Source: a virus | Lineage: Duplodnaviria; Caudoviricetes | IMG/VR virus record: IMGVR_UViG_3300027896_000206 | Span: 1-24,819 of that record | Strand: one strand, 5' to 3' | Length of the DNA stretch: 24,819 nucleotides | Shown here: in pieces, positions 1 through 9,430 of the stretch | Numbering within the stretch: position 1 is the first letter of the stretch | How the letters are laid out: each line of letters begins with the position of its first letter | The notes under the pieces: model-generated | Told to the model about the DNA's origin: nothing | Database searches by the model: none | What the model saw: only the letters and a program-made list of their open reading frames with translations | Made by a program: the position numbers and the translations under genes

Positions 1-3000
1 ATAGGCGGTATCGTAGTTGTTGTAGTAGTTGTGGTTGGTATTGAAACACAAACAAAATCATCTGTCCATGTTATTATTCCATTATCTGGAATAGTTTTCA
101 TATATTCACTACCATCATTTCCTAAATATCCTAATTGTGAATTAAAATTAACACCACGTCTATACATGAATTTTTGTTTATTAAATACGGTGTTTCTTAT
201 CAGTACTCCACCTTTACGAATGATAACAGTTGCAGATAATAATTGATTTAAAAATCTATTAAAAAATGAATTATATCTCTGAATAAATGGATATAATATT
301 TCAAAAGTATAACCATTACTTTTTAATAAATTTGTTTTGGATAAATACGATCTTTTTAAATATTCTTCATATATTTTTTCTATGGTGGGATAATATCCTC
401 CGTTAAAATCAGTTATTGTTTTTCTTGTTTTTACATTTATTAATCTTCTATTTATTAATTCTAGATATTCTAAAAATGTCATATCACTAATTGGTGGAAA
501 ATTAGGATCGGGTGGTAATAGTGGTGGTGTATATGAACCATCATTAATAAAATAGTATGTTCCAATAATATCTCCATAATTTATGGCTTTTCTTAAATAT
601 ACTTGATGCTTATTTGATGAATTTAAATCAAAATCAGTACCATTCTGTAAAGTAATACCATTTAATGTAATTTTAATAGCATCAATGCCAAATGCAATAT
701 AATCCATTGAATAAACATAACGTTGAATTCCTGCATGATAAAAAAACTTTGATGAGGTCATACTGTCAACTCTATATATTTCTGATCTTTTTTTTGCATT
801 TGATGCCATTCCACCATCTTTGATGTACCATACCCTAACCACTGGATTGGTTTGTAAATAACTTCTTAGTGAAGTATTTTGCACTATGATCTGTGTTCTA
901 TTGATTGGATTTATAATAAAATCACCAGTAAATAATGAATTCCCTTTACTCATGGTAATGCCATTAACAACTAATTGAACATCTCCTTTAGGTTCCTCTG
1001 GTAATGTTATTGTAACCCCATCTGGATTTATAGTTAATGCCTGTACTACATATTTAACATCAGTGTATCCCGTACTGCCTAATCTATCAAAAAGATATGT
1101 TATGGTAATAATATCTTTAGTTCCATTAGTATATATTTTTGCCGTTTCAGTATTTAAGGTGACTTGTTTTGCTCCAGTTCTAAGATAATCACCAATTCCA
1201 GTATCTCCAGAAGTCAATGTAATTCCATTAAAGTTAATTTGAATTGAACTTCCGGTTAATGGAGTATCTGGAATTGTAAATATATTAGTGTCGATATTAT
1301 AATCAAAAGGAACATTAATATAAATATATGGTTTTGTAATACCAGAAGATGTTATTGGATCATCAATATTTTTATTATAACTATAAACATCATATTCAAT
1401 TGCTTGTGCAATATCTAAAGTAGCATCTATCTCTTTTGTATTGATAATAAGTTGACTATCTTGTTGGAAATAATTTGGAGTTGTATAATGTATTCTTTCT
1501 GTATATCCTGTTTCTACCCAAGATTTTTTATTATCAACTATTCTATTTAAATTAAAACCAACATTTCTATATAAATTAATATATGCTTGACCACCATCTG
1601 TAGTACCTGAAATTTGAAAATAAAAATCATTAGTTTCTTTTGGTGCAATTGGATATCCATATGTATTATATGGTAATGATGAAGAAGGTAAATTTGATAA
1701 TGATAATTCAGCACTATTTGGATCAATTTTACCATCTACAGTATAAATATATTCCGTTATATTTATAAATTGCTTTGGTATTCCAATAAGTAATAATATT
1801 GCATTTAATGCATGCCTGGTTCCCTTTGCTTTCCAAAAATAATTGGTATTTAATATTATTCTTCTCCAAAGTTCAATATCAATTTCGGAAGGAATAATAT
1901 CTCCTTCATTAAATTCTTTTTCAGAACTAAAAAATGATTCTGAAAATAAATCTGCATCCACTAAACTAAAAATGTCCCAACCAAGATTCTTTGCCAAATT
2001 TTTAACAAGTTGGGTAGGTACATCATTTTTCTTATTATATGTTACTGTATTAATATTAACCAAAGCATCAATAAATTGACGCATATTATCAAATTCACTT
2101 CCATATATTCTTAATAATTTTTTGATTTTACCTTCCTCTGTTAAATCATATGTTTGAATGGAATCTGGCACTAACAATCTTGCAATAATATCGGTTTTAA
2201 CTTTATCATATTTTTCACCAATATTAAGAATGCTATCAACAAATCTATTATATACTCCACTACTTGTATTAATATTATAACCATCAACTGTTGGCCAAGT
2301 TAATCGCCTGTCAGTATAAATAATATCTCCATTATCTAATAAAGTTGGTTCTTTAAAATAAACTAAAAAACCAGTTTGACCAGTATTTCTATTTCCAAGT
2401 ATATGTTGTTCTATTGGTTGTAAATCTGATTTAAATTTATTAAATATCAATGGTTCTGGTTTAATATTATATGCGGTATTTCCTGTTGTAGTTACACCAG
2501 TTATTTCTGGAAAAGGATTTCCTTGTACTATAAAATATATATATGAATTTGAAGGAGTATCACCCGTATATCCTAAAAGATAATGAGTATTATCTTCAGG
2601 AATATCCTTTCTCCAAATAACATATTGATAATAAGATAAATTAATATTTTTAATTTTGTTTCCTTCAGGAATGGAAGTATTGTTATAATTGAAAATCAGT
2701 CCAAAAATGTTTTGAATGAATGCAGAAACAGTCTTAAATTGTGCTTTATCAGTTAAAGGATCATAATAATAATCAATAATATTACAATTACTCTCCGTAG
2801 AATCTATAAATAAACTTGCCGGATAATTTAAGATAATATTCTGTAATGAAACTCTTAATAACTCTCTTGTTGATCCGAATTTAACAAAATTCTTTAGATC
2901 GGAACGATCAAAACTTAAAGTGGCATTAGTAGTAAAATCAAAAATCTTCTGAGCTTCAGTATCTGATAAAGCGAGGGATTCTAAAGTAATCGGTGTGACA

Positions 3001-3164
3001 AAATTAGATAGTTCATTAGAATAATCAATGGTCTGCTTACCACTAAAATTAGTATCAAGATTAAAGTTACCAAAACTAAAGATGGTTTCACTGGCTACAT
3101 TAGTGAAAGAATTGCCAATTAAATCTTCGTTTATATTTTTGTTTATGACTTTTACTTTTGCCAT
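1..3164 (-). CDS. Large tail/baseplate structural protein (baseplate wedge gp7 / P2 gpI-like region), 3'-truncated by window edge, >1054 aa
   Basis: Not in ORF track because it has no stop in the window. ATG at 3164 (MAKVKVINKNINEDLIGNSF...); frame reads to base 3 (...CVSIPTTTTTTTTIPP). Contains 'VPTQLVKNLAKNLGW' and 'LWRRIILNTNYFWKAKGTRHAL' (KGT motif typical of gpI/gp7-like baseplate proteins); downstream of gp25- and gp6-like genes. Confidence 0.8.
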   Translation of the reverse strand, partial: MAKVKVINKNINEDLIGNSFTNVASETIFSFGNFNLDTNFSGKQTIDYSNELSNFVTPITLESLALSDTEAQKIFDFTTNATLSFDRSDLKNFVKFGSTRELLRVSLQNIILNYPASLFIDSTESNCNIIDYYYDPLTDKAQFKTVSAFIQNIFGLIFNYNNTSIPEGNKIKNINLSYYQYVIWRKDIPEDNTHYLLGYTGDTPSNSYIYFIVQGNPFPEITGVTTTGNTAYNIKPEPLIFNKFKSDLQPIEQHILGNRNTGQTGFLVYFKEPTLLDNGDIIYTDRRLTWPTVDGYNINTSSGVYNRFVDSILNIGEKYDKVKTDIIARLLVPDSIQTYDLTEEGKIKKLLRIYGSEFDNMRQFIDALVNINTVTYNKKNDVPTQLVKNLAKNLGWDIFSLVDADLFSESFFSSEKEFNEGDIIPSEIDIELWRRIILNTNYFWKAKGTRHALNAILLLIGIPKQFINITEYIYTVDGKIDPNSAELSLSNLPSSSLPYNTYGYPIAPKETNDFYFQISGTTDGGQAYINLYRNVGFNLNRIVDNKKSWVETGYTERIHYTTPNYFQQDSQLIINTKEIDATLDIAQAIEYDVYSYNKNIDDPITSSGITKPYIYINVPFDYNIDTNIFTIPDTPLTGSSIQINFNGITLTSGDTGIGDYLRTGAKQVTLNTETAKIYTNGTKDIITITYLFDRLGSTGYTDVKYVVQALTINPDGVTITLPEEPKGDVQLVVNGITMSKGNSLFTGDFIINPINRTQIIVQNTSLRSYLQTNPVVRVWYIKDGGMASNAKKRSEIYRVDSMTSSKFFYHAGIQRYVYSMDYIAFGIDAIKITLNGITLQNGTDFDLNSSNKHQVYLRKAINYGDIIGTYYFINDGSYTPPLLPPDPNFPPISDMTFLEYLELINRRLINVKTRKTITDFNGGYYPTIEKIYEEYLKRSYLSKTNLLKSNGYTFEILYPFIQRYNSFFNRFLNQLLSATVIIRKGGVLIRNTVFNKQKFMYRRGVNFNSQLGYLGNDGSEYMKTIPDNGIITWTDDFVCVSIPTTTTTTTTIPP
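540..1310 (-). repeat. Three tandem ~90-100 aa beta-rich protein repeats within the large tail protein
   Basis: IQINFNGITLTSGDTGIGDYL (~1220), VQLVVNGITMSKGNSLFTGDFII (~960), IKITLNGITLQNGTDFDL (~655); spacing about 264 and 303 nt. Boundaries approximate. Confidence 0.6.
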
Positions 3165-3179
3165 TATAATATTTTCTTA

Positions 3180-4076
3180 TTATAAATTTCCAACAACATT
3201 TGAAAATGTTTGACTACTATCAATAATCGTTCTCTTTTCTTTTACTTCATATAATGAAACATTTCCAACATCATCTTTTATTTCAAATAAATTAAATTGT
3301 TTTATTATATTTCTGTCTTTATCATACTGAGTTAATACACCATCATTAACAGATTTAATCTGCTCACCTCCAACAATATCAACTATAGTATCTATTGTAT
3401 TCTCAGTTAACTCTACTTCTAGACAAAATGGATTAAAATTAGTATTTGACATTAGTATCTTTTGATTTGGTGCTCCAATAAATGGTATAACGTTTGGCTT
3501 AACATCACTTGCTGAGCTTGGTGTCAGTTGTAAAAATAATAATGTTCCCGAATCATCAAAACGATATCTTATTGATGCTTGTGATGTGTTACCTATATTC
3601 TCAGTTACAGGAATAACTTTATTGTTCGTGGTTACATATCGAATTGTATTTCTTAATTTGGTCCCATTAGAATTTATATATTCAATTCTATATCCCTGAA
3701 GTGCATTGTTTGAAGTCAAGGTTGAATCTAATTGTGTTCCATCTAAAATAATTCCCTTTACCGTTGGCAATGCTGAGAGTACACCGCAATCAATTATAGA
3801 AGTTTTTATTGTTTTGGGTCTAATATATATAGTATAAAATCCAAGTTGATTAAAAATTGTAGCAGGAAGAGTAAGATTATAAAGACCCAATAAATTTTCT
3901 TCCCCACTAATTTCTTCATCTATGGGCAATAATAATTCTGTTAATACTTGGTCTGCCTGAAGTCTAAATGTGTCTAAACTTAAAGTTTCTCTGTTAGGTG
4001 TGAATGTATAAAATATATCAATATCTGAAACACTTACGTCTGAACTTCTAATTGATCCATATATCCCTATTGCCAT
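3180..4076 (-). CDS. Hypothetical virion structural protein (baseplate module), 298 aa
   Basis: Long ORF, T/S/N/G-rich beta-type composition, co-directional and tightly packed in the baseplate cluster; no diagnostic motif recognised. Confidence 0.65.
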   Translation of the reverse strand: MAIGIYGSIRSSDVSVSDIDIFYTFTPNRETLSLDTFRLQADQVLTELLLPIDEEISGEENLLGLYNLTLPATIFNQLGFYTIYIRPKTIKTSIIDCGVLSALPTVKGIILDGTQLDSTLTSNNALQGYRIEYINSNGTKLRNTIRYVTTNNKVIPVTENIGNTSQASIRYRFDDSGTLLFLQLTPSSASDVKPNVIPFIGAPNQKILMSNTNFNPFCLEVELTENTIDTIVDIVGGEQIKSVNDGVLTQYDKDRNIIKQFNLFEIKDDVGNVSLYEVKEKRTIIDSSQTFSNVVGNL

Positions 4077-4138
4077 TATATTATTTTATTTAAAATATTT
4101 TCAATGTTATTATATTCATAGTTTGTTAATCTTTTCAT

Positions 4139-4801
4139 TTATGTATTTTTTATTATATTATAAAATGCCCCACCAGCATAATATTCTATTTCACTAAGAT
4201 TATGTATATTCCTTAATCTATAATTATATTCAAGAATACTTTGCTCGTTTCTAATAATAAATACGTTATTTCCAATTAATGGCATTTCTATTATATTTTC
4301 TTTATCTTCATCTTTAATTATTGGTAAATTGATAAAATTTTGAGAGGAATAACCAGAAGAAACAAATGAAAAAGTAGTAATACCAGTAGGATTATTTAAA
4401 AAACTATCAGTATAAATTATCCCACCAAGATAATATATATAACTCACCCCACTTATTGTTTTTGTTAAATCTAACCCGTCTTCATTACTATTACTTGAGG
4501 TAAAGTATTTTTTGGACAAATCTGTTGAAACAGAATATTTCCTTAATTCTTCTAAACGAGAAGTTGATGATCCAGTGATTATGTATGGTATTGATGAAAT
4601 ATAAGTGCCACCAGTAACACCCGTTGCCAGAGGATCAATATAAACATCAAAAAATCCGAAATCTTTATTTTGTTGGGTTAAAAGAAAATTAAAATTATAA
4701 GTTACACCAGTATCGGGAATAATAACATAAGAGTTACCAGTACAACCTGTAGTAGTACCAGTAGTCATTATCCTAAATATTTTTTTTTTAATGAATTCCA
4801 T
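4139..4801 (-). CDS. Hypothetical virion structural protein, Thr/Gly/Ser-rich, 220 aa
   Basis: ATG overlaps the upstream stop (TAATG at 4799-4803); TGTTTGCTG and TGVTGGT motifs; directly after the wedge gene. Confidence 0.65.
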   Translation of the reverse strand: MEFIKKKIFRIMTTGTTTGCTGNSYVIIPDTGVTYNFNFLLTQQNKDFGFFDVYIDPLATGVTGGTYISSIPYIITGSSTSRLEELRKYSVSTDLSKKYFTSSNSNEDGLDLTKTISGVSYIYYLGGIIYTDSFLNNPTGITTFSFVSSGYSSQNFINLPIIKDEDKENIIEMPLIGNNVFIIRNEQSILEYNYRLRNIHNLSEIEYYAGGAFYNIIKNT

Positions 4802-6654
4802 TAAACCCCCAAATTAATCTTTTTATGCAAATAAATACGAATATCCTTTTCTGGATATTTTATCTCCATCATAGAATCCTCACAACTATATATACATTGA
4901 TTTTGTATTCTAATTTCTCCGGTAGTAGTGTCAATAATTTCCTGAGCAATTGGATTAACAGAATATTGTCCACCCACTTTATTATAGATAGTTATATTAA
5001 GTATATTAACAACTCCAGCAACGCTGTTTATTTCTTGAATTAAAGGGGTTAGAAAAATATCTTCATTCATTAAATGATTGGTAACATCGAAATAATTTTT
5101 AACCGTAGTAATGATTGAATTGGCAATTTGATTATCTGTTTTTTCCTGTACAAAAACATCAATATCCAAAGCTAAATTAAATATTCTCCCATTTCTAATT
5201 TCAACATAATCATTTACCATTCTATATTCTGTCAAATACTCACTGATATTATCTTTTAATACACTATTTGATATATTAGATAGTTTACCAGCAGAATCCA
5301 AGCTAAGAATTGGAATGACAACTTTGTTATTTTCTCTAAAAGCATTTGCTCTGAAAGGAGAACCATATTTTCCGGGTATTTTAGATACTTGAAGTAAATA
5401 GTCATTTATTGTTACATCACGATTTTGTGCTGAAAAATTATATTTTGCCAAATTTCTTATTTCTTCTATATTTAATTCACTATTTCCACCAATAGCAGGA
5501 ATCGGATTATTGACACTTAAACTACGTTGAACTTGTACATTAAAATCTTGACGTGACCCCTGTACTGTTAATTGTACTTTTCCAAGTGAAGTTAAAGTTG
5601 CCGTACCAACATTGGATTGAGTACCACCACCAGTACGATATCGAATAAAAAGAGTAGAATTTTTTTGTAATTTATCTCCAAGAGCACGATTACCCAATAA
5701 ATTATTTAAAAATTCCTGATTTGTAGTTGGTATAATTAAAAAATATTGATTTGCATTTTCAATCGTTACATCTCCCGATCCAAATCTTAATAAACAATAT
5801 CCATTTTCTGTAAATTCTTTAATAAATTTACGTGTAGTTTCAATCCATTTTCCAGCTTTAATTCCGGTATTTCCGGTTGTTAATGGATTACTACCAGAAT
5901 TTGGATCATCAATAAAAACTCTTTGTTGTGCTAAATAATCTACCTCATAAAATTTATAATCGGGGTTTTGCCAATCTTCTTCTGTCGGATTCCCATTAAA
6001 TCCAGTACCATTAATTAAAATAATATCTTGAATTTCCAATACATCTGGATCAGGAAGTGTTAATTCATAGAAAGGTCCTGATTCTGTATCACGAATTATT
6101 CTTTTAAAAATATTAGTTGAGCCATTTTTAACTATTTCACGTTTTGTTACTAAATAACTTTGAATTATACCATTAGAATCATAATTTGGAATAATTGCCC
6201 TATTAGCAAACCCTAATGAACTTAATGATGAATTCCAATCAATGACATCTTGTGTTTCAAATGTTTGTCCACCCCCAATAACTTGTGATCCGACTAATAG
6301 TTGTGGATAATAATCAGAATCTGGTTTATCTCCTCTTACTGGGACCGTTACTTGAAAATCAACAACTGTTACAGATGGAGTTTTACCACCGACATTAAAC
6401 CCAAGATTTTTTGCAATTTGTCTAATATTAGACGTTTGCTGTGCATAATCTATTTGAGTTTCTTGAAATGCTCTATCTAAGTTTACTGATAAATTATTAG
6501 TAACACCAGCATTTAAATCAATTAACATGCTACCAACTGATGAATCTGTAAAATCTTGTAAGACTTCTGGATAATATTGTTGTATTAATGAAATTTCATC
6601 ATTTTTAATGTCACTAAAAGTTCTGCTATTATATGATATTCTGTTATCTGCCAT
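4801..6654 (-). CDS. Baseplate wedge subunit (T4 gp6 / baseplate J-like), 617 aa
   Basis: N-terminal 'ISYNSRTFSDIK...QYYPEVLQDFTDSSVGSMLIDL'; 'YRTGGGTQSNVG' and 'NPIPAIGG..ELNIEEIR...FSAQNRDVTINDY' match gp6/J-like hallmarks; follows a gp25-like gene. Confidence 0.88.
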   Translation of the reverse strand: MADNRISYNSRTFSDIKNDEISLIQQYYPEVLQDFTDSSVGSMLIDLNAGVTNNLSVNLDRAFQETQIDYAQQTSNIRQIAKNLGFNVGGKTPSVTVVDFQVTVPVRGDKPDSDYYPQLLVGSQVIGGGQTFETQDVIDWNSSLSSLGFANRAIIPNYDSNGIIQSYLVTKREIVKNGSTNIFKRIIRDTESGPFYELTLPDPDVLEIQDIILINGTGFNGNPTEEDWQNPDYKFYEVDYLAQQRVFIDDPNSGSNPLTTGNTGIKAGKWIETTRKFIKEFTENGYCLLRFGSGDVTIENANQYFLIIPTTNQEFLNNLLGNRALGDKLQKNSTLFIRYRTGGGTQSNVGTATLTSLGKVQLTVQGSRQDFNVQVQRSLSVNNPIPAIGGNSELNIEEIRNLAKYNFSAQNRDVTINDYLLQVSKIPGKYGSPFRANAFRENNKVVIPILSLDSAGKLSNISNSVLKDNISEYLTEYRMVNDYVEIRNGRIFNLALDIDVFVQEKTDNQIANSIITTVKNYFDVTNHLMNEDIFLTPLIQEINSVAGVVNILNITIYNKVGGQYSVNPIAQEIIDTTTGEIRIQNQCIYSCEDSMMEIKYPEKDIRIYLHKKINLGV

Positions 6655-6660
6655 ATTTTA

Positions 6661-7062
6661 TTAAAATTTAATTTCTACTTTGCCATTTTCAGAAAAAGTA
6701 TCTTCTGAATATATAAAATCAACAATAAGTTTAATTTCCTTATCACCTACTGGATTACCTTCATTATCAACACCATCTGAATAAAAAGTAACTTTAGTTA
6801 TTGTCAATTCCGGAATATAATCTTTAACTGTTTGTTTTATTTCTTTTTCAATATCATTTGAAGTTAAATTATCTTTTGGTTCAAAAATATATTTAATTAT
6901 ATTAGTACCATAATTTGGATTATAATATCTTTCTCCCTTTTGTGTTAATAGAAGTAACAATAAATCTGAAACCAAAGCATCTTTAGTAACACTATTGGTT
7001 TTAAAAAATTTCATTTTTTCAGTATCATCTTCTAAGGGGAATTTAATATTTATTGATTTCAT
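6661..7062 (-). CDS. Baseplate protein, T4 gp25 / GPW-gp25 family, 133 aa
   Basis: 'INIKFP...DLLLLLLTQKGERYYNPNYGTNIIKYIFEP...IKQTVKDYIP' matches the gp25 family signature (LLTxxGERxxxPxFG). Confidence 0.9.
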   Translation of the reverse strand: MKSINIKFPLEDDTEKMKFFKTNSVTKDALVSDLLLLLLTQKGERYYNPNYGTNIIKYIFEPKDNLTSNDIEKEIKQTVKDYIPELTITKVTFYSDGVDNEGNPVGDKEIKLIVDFIYSEDTFSENGKVEIKF

Positions 7063-7070
7063 TATGAATA

Positions 7071-7084
7071 TTTTTTATAAATAC
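7071..7084 (-). promoter_or_regulatory. Conserved upstream motif GTATTTATAAAAAA (putative phage late promoter)
   Basis: Identical 14-mer also at 12895-12908 and 24262-24275; 8 nt upstream of the gp25-like ATG. Confidence 0.6.
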
Positions 7085-7119
7085 ACAAAAACAAAAAATC
7101 CATCTGAAAAGATGGATTT
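7085..7119 (-). terminator. Rho-independent terminator
   Basis: Minus strand AAATCCATCT-TTTC-AGATGGATTT (10-bp stem, 7096-7119) followed by TTTGTTTTTG; about 30 nt after the stop at 7149. Confidence 0.8.
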
Positions 7120-7148
7120 ATACAAAAAATTGATATAACTTAATATAT

Positions 7149-7493
7149 TTATAGGTTTAATTTATGCAACCATTTATTATGAAAATTATCAATAAATTTC
7201 TGTCCATATCCCCATTCTCCTGTAAATATCATTCTATATGGTAGTATCATATAAAGTATTAATAAATAAAATGGAACTAAAAATATAGTTAATCTCCAAA
7301 GAAATAATATTTTTTCTTTTTTTCTCCATTTATAAAATTTAAATGGTGCAAATCTAATTATCTCATTATCTCTTATTTTTTCTTTTTGATAAGGAGTTAA
7401 ATCAATTGTTTCATATAACCATTTCTGAACTTCAAGATCATAAGCTGGTTCTAAATTAGTTAATTTCATTTTTTTTAATCCAATTAATTGCAT
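7149..7493 (-). CDS. Hypothetical membrane protein, 106-114 aa
   Basis: Hydrophobic stretch ILFLWRLTIFLVPFYLLILYMILPY preceded by basic KWRKKEK; true start may be the ATG at 7469 (MKLTNLEP), which avoids overlap with the upstream gene. Confidence 0.6.
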   Translation of the reverse strand: MQLIGLKKMKLTNLEPAYDLEVQKWLYETIDLTPYQKEKIRDNEIIRFAPFKFYKWRKKEKILFLWRLTIFLVPFYLLILYMILPYRMIFTGEWGYGQKFIDNFHNKWLHKLNL

Positions 7494-7948
7494 CTTCTAA
7501 GCTCATAATATTTTATTTTAAAATTTTCGGTTAATTCAATTATTCTATTTGACAATTCCTCAATTTTCTTTTGAGATTCCGTTTTTCTTTTTTCAATAGA
7601 TAATTTTAATTCTTCAATTTTCTTTTCATATTTGTTTATATCTTTTGCTGATTCTACTTTTTCGACTAAAATTTCATGTTTCATATTTTCAATTAAAGCA
7701 AGATCGGCATCTTTTTCATCTTCTTTTTTAATATCATCCCATGCTTTTTTATTATAATCATCCAATTGTTTCTGTTGATCAGAGGTTAGTTGAATTTTAC
7801 CTGCTTTTTTTAATCTTTCTTCTACTACCTTTTCAGGATTTTTAATTTCATGTGATTTTTCTTCTACTGTTTTAATATGTTGTGTTAAATCACTATCAAC
7901 TTTTCCTGATTCTAATGATTTTTTTAATTTGTCTAAAAAATTTTCCAT
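7484..7948 (-). CDS. Hypothetical coiled-coil protein, 154 aa
   Basis: K/E-rich heptad-like sequence; starts 2 nt after the upstream stop. Confidence 0.7.
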   Translation of the reverse strand: MENFLDKLKKSLESGKVDSDLTQHIKTVEEKSHEIKNPEKVVEERLKKAGKIQLTSDQQKQLDDYNKKAWDDIKKEDEKDADLALIENMKHEILVEKVESAKDINKYEKKIEELKLSIEKRKTESQKKIEELSNRIIELTENFKIKYYELRRCN

Positions 7949-7950
7949 TA

Positions 7951-8247
7951 TTATTTATTTTTATTGTTCTTAAACTTATTTACTATTTTTTTTAAATAAT
8001 CTATAATTTCATTTTCTTTTAAATTACCAACCTCAATTTTATAAATTTTAGAATAATTCCAATCAGGATCATTATGAAATCTAACATACATTAAATCATT
8101 TAACATAACAGAATTAACTTCATAATTTATAGGTATTAATTCCCACAATTCTTCACAACGTTCCTGTGCTTTTTTACAAGTTAAAGCAGAATTGTTCCTG
8201 AGATCATTAATCAATTCTTTTTCCCTTTTGGTATATTCTTCTAACAT
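7951..8247 (-). CDS. Hypothetical protein, 98 aa
   Basis: Fits the minus-strand packing; a TATTTATAAAAAA variant lies 10 nt upstream. Confidence 0.6.
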   Translation of the reverse strand: MLEEYTKREKELINDLRNNSALTCKKAQERCEELWELIPINYEVNSVMLNDLMYVRFHNDPDWNYSKIYKIEVGNLKENEIIDYLKKIVNKFKNNKNK

Positions 8248-8253
8248 TTTTAT

Positions 8254-8418
8254 TTATTTTTTTATAAATAAATCTATAATTTTTTTTGAATCTCTTTTTC
8301 TACCTTTTCTTTCTACTGTTGTTAAAAAATCATATCCCATATTATATTGGTTCCATTTTCTTCCAGCATATTCAAATTCATTTGAATCTGAATCAATTTT
8401 TATTTTTTTACTTTTCAT
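8254..8418 (-). CDS. Small basic hypothetical protein, 54 aa (not in ORF track)
   Basis: Manual translation MKSKKIKIDSDSNEFEYAGRKWNQYNMGYDFLTTVERKGRKRDSKKIIDLFIKK*; fills the gap between 8247 and 8431. Confidence 0.6.
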   Translation of the reverse strand: MKSKKIKIDSDSNEFEYAGRKWNQYNMGYDFLTTVERKGRKRDSKKIIDLFIKK

Positions 8419-8430
8419 ATATTTTAATAT

Positions 8431-9426
8431 TTATATTATTTTTTCTATAACTTCAGCATCTAATTTAATAATATCATAAATCAATTTATATATTTTTCCA
8501 TTATTTTCAGTTAATTGAATTGTTTTGTTAGTTCTTTTTCTATATCCAGTAACTCTATATCCATATAATGTACCATATTCATCTTTAATCCAAACCTGAT
8601 CAATATCAATAATTTCTTTAAATATATCTGAATTTTCTGATAAATCAAAAGATTTATATTTTGCCGGAATAAAAAATTCTAAAATTCTATGTTTTGAATT
8701 TATTTTTTTTATATGTAAATATTCAGTAAGTTGTTCAATTTTGTTTAGAACTTCATTCTTACGAACTATTTTCATTGGAAATTTTTTAATTTTTGATTTT
8801 TCATATGAATTTAACGATTCAAAACCAGTATCTGATTTACTGTTGTTGGTTTCAACAATTTCTTTTACTTTTGCTAAACCATCTTCTATTGGTTTATTTG
8901 TAAATATAAATTCAACCGGATATTGATCATCATTTAATGTTCTATTTTTTAATTCTTCTCGCATTACTTCAACCATTGTTTTACCATAATTTTTACTTTT
9001 AGGATCAAAGAAACCATAGTGTTCAATTCTTCTCCCCCATTTATCCTTTTCTCTTTTAACGGATTTCCCTTCTACTGCAATTCTACCTACATTTTTCATT
9101 TCTTCATCTGTTTTTCCATAATTCATTCCCCATTTATCTGCTGCCATTTCAATTTGATGCGGTGTTGCTGTACGCATAAATTTATTTGCTTTTTTAAGTA
9201 ACTCGTAATAATCAACTACAAATTTCTCGTCTCTTTGACCTTGTAACATCATTTCGGCAAATTTATTTTGATGTCGCATTCGTATATTATATTTGCTCTT
9301 TTCAGATATTGGTTCTATTTTAAAAATATCTTGTTCAACATAGTGTAAAGCTATACTAATTCTAAGTATCCACGTATGCATAGTAATATAAATCCAAACA
9401 ATAATTTTTTTAAATAATTTTTTCAT
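8431..9426 (-). CDS. Hypothetical protein with N-terminal hydrophobic anchor, 331 aa
   Basis: MKKLFKKIIVWIYITMHTWILRISIAL is a basic-then-hydrophobic N-terminus; the rest is soluble; no family recognised. Confidence 0.7.
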   Translation of the reverse strand: MKKLFKKIIVWIYITMHTWILRISIALHYVEQDIFKIEPISEKSKYNIRMRHQNKFAEMMLQGQRDEKFVVDYYELLKKANKFMRTATPHQIEMAADKWGMNYGKTDEEMKNVGRIAVEGKSVKREKDKWGRRIEHYGFFDPKSKNYGKTMVEVMREELKNRTLNDDQYPVEFIFTNKPIEDGLAKVKEIVETNNSKSDTGFESLNSYEKSKIKKFPMKIVRKNEVLNKIEQLTEYLHIKKINSKHRILEFFIPAKYKSFDLSENSDIFKEIIDIDQVWIKDEYGTLYGYRVTGYRKRTNKTIQLTENNGKIYKLIYDIIKLDAEVIEKII

Positions 9427-9430
9427 TTAT

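Noticed and set aside
12-35. Apparent trinucleotide microsatellite
   Set aside because: Mixed Thr codons (ACC/ACA/ACT/ACG) indicate a protein-level poly-Thr tract, not a slippage repeat.
1547-1735. 62-aa minus-strand ORF
   Set aside because: Out-of-frame overlap within the >1054-aa tail gene.
3126-3140. KNINE near the N-terminus of the tail/baseplate protein (also LINE in 10867-11529)
   Set aside because: Single occurrences outside a multidomain-linker context; treated as background and a caveat for the cleavage-motif hypothesis.
7149-7493. Holin assignment for the small membrane protein
   Set aside because: Only one hydrophobic segment and no endolysin or spanin nearby; unsupported.
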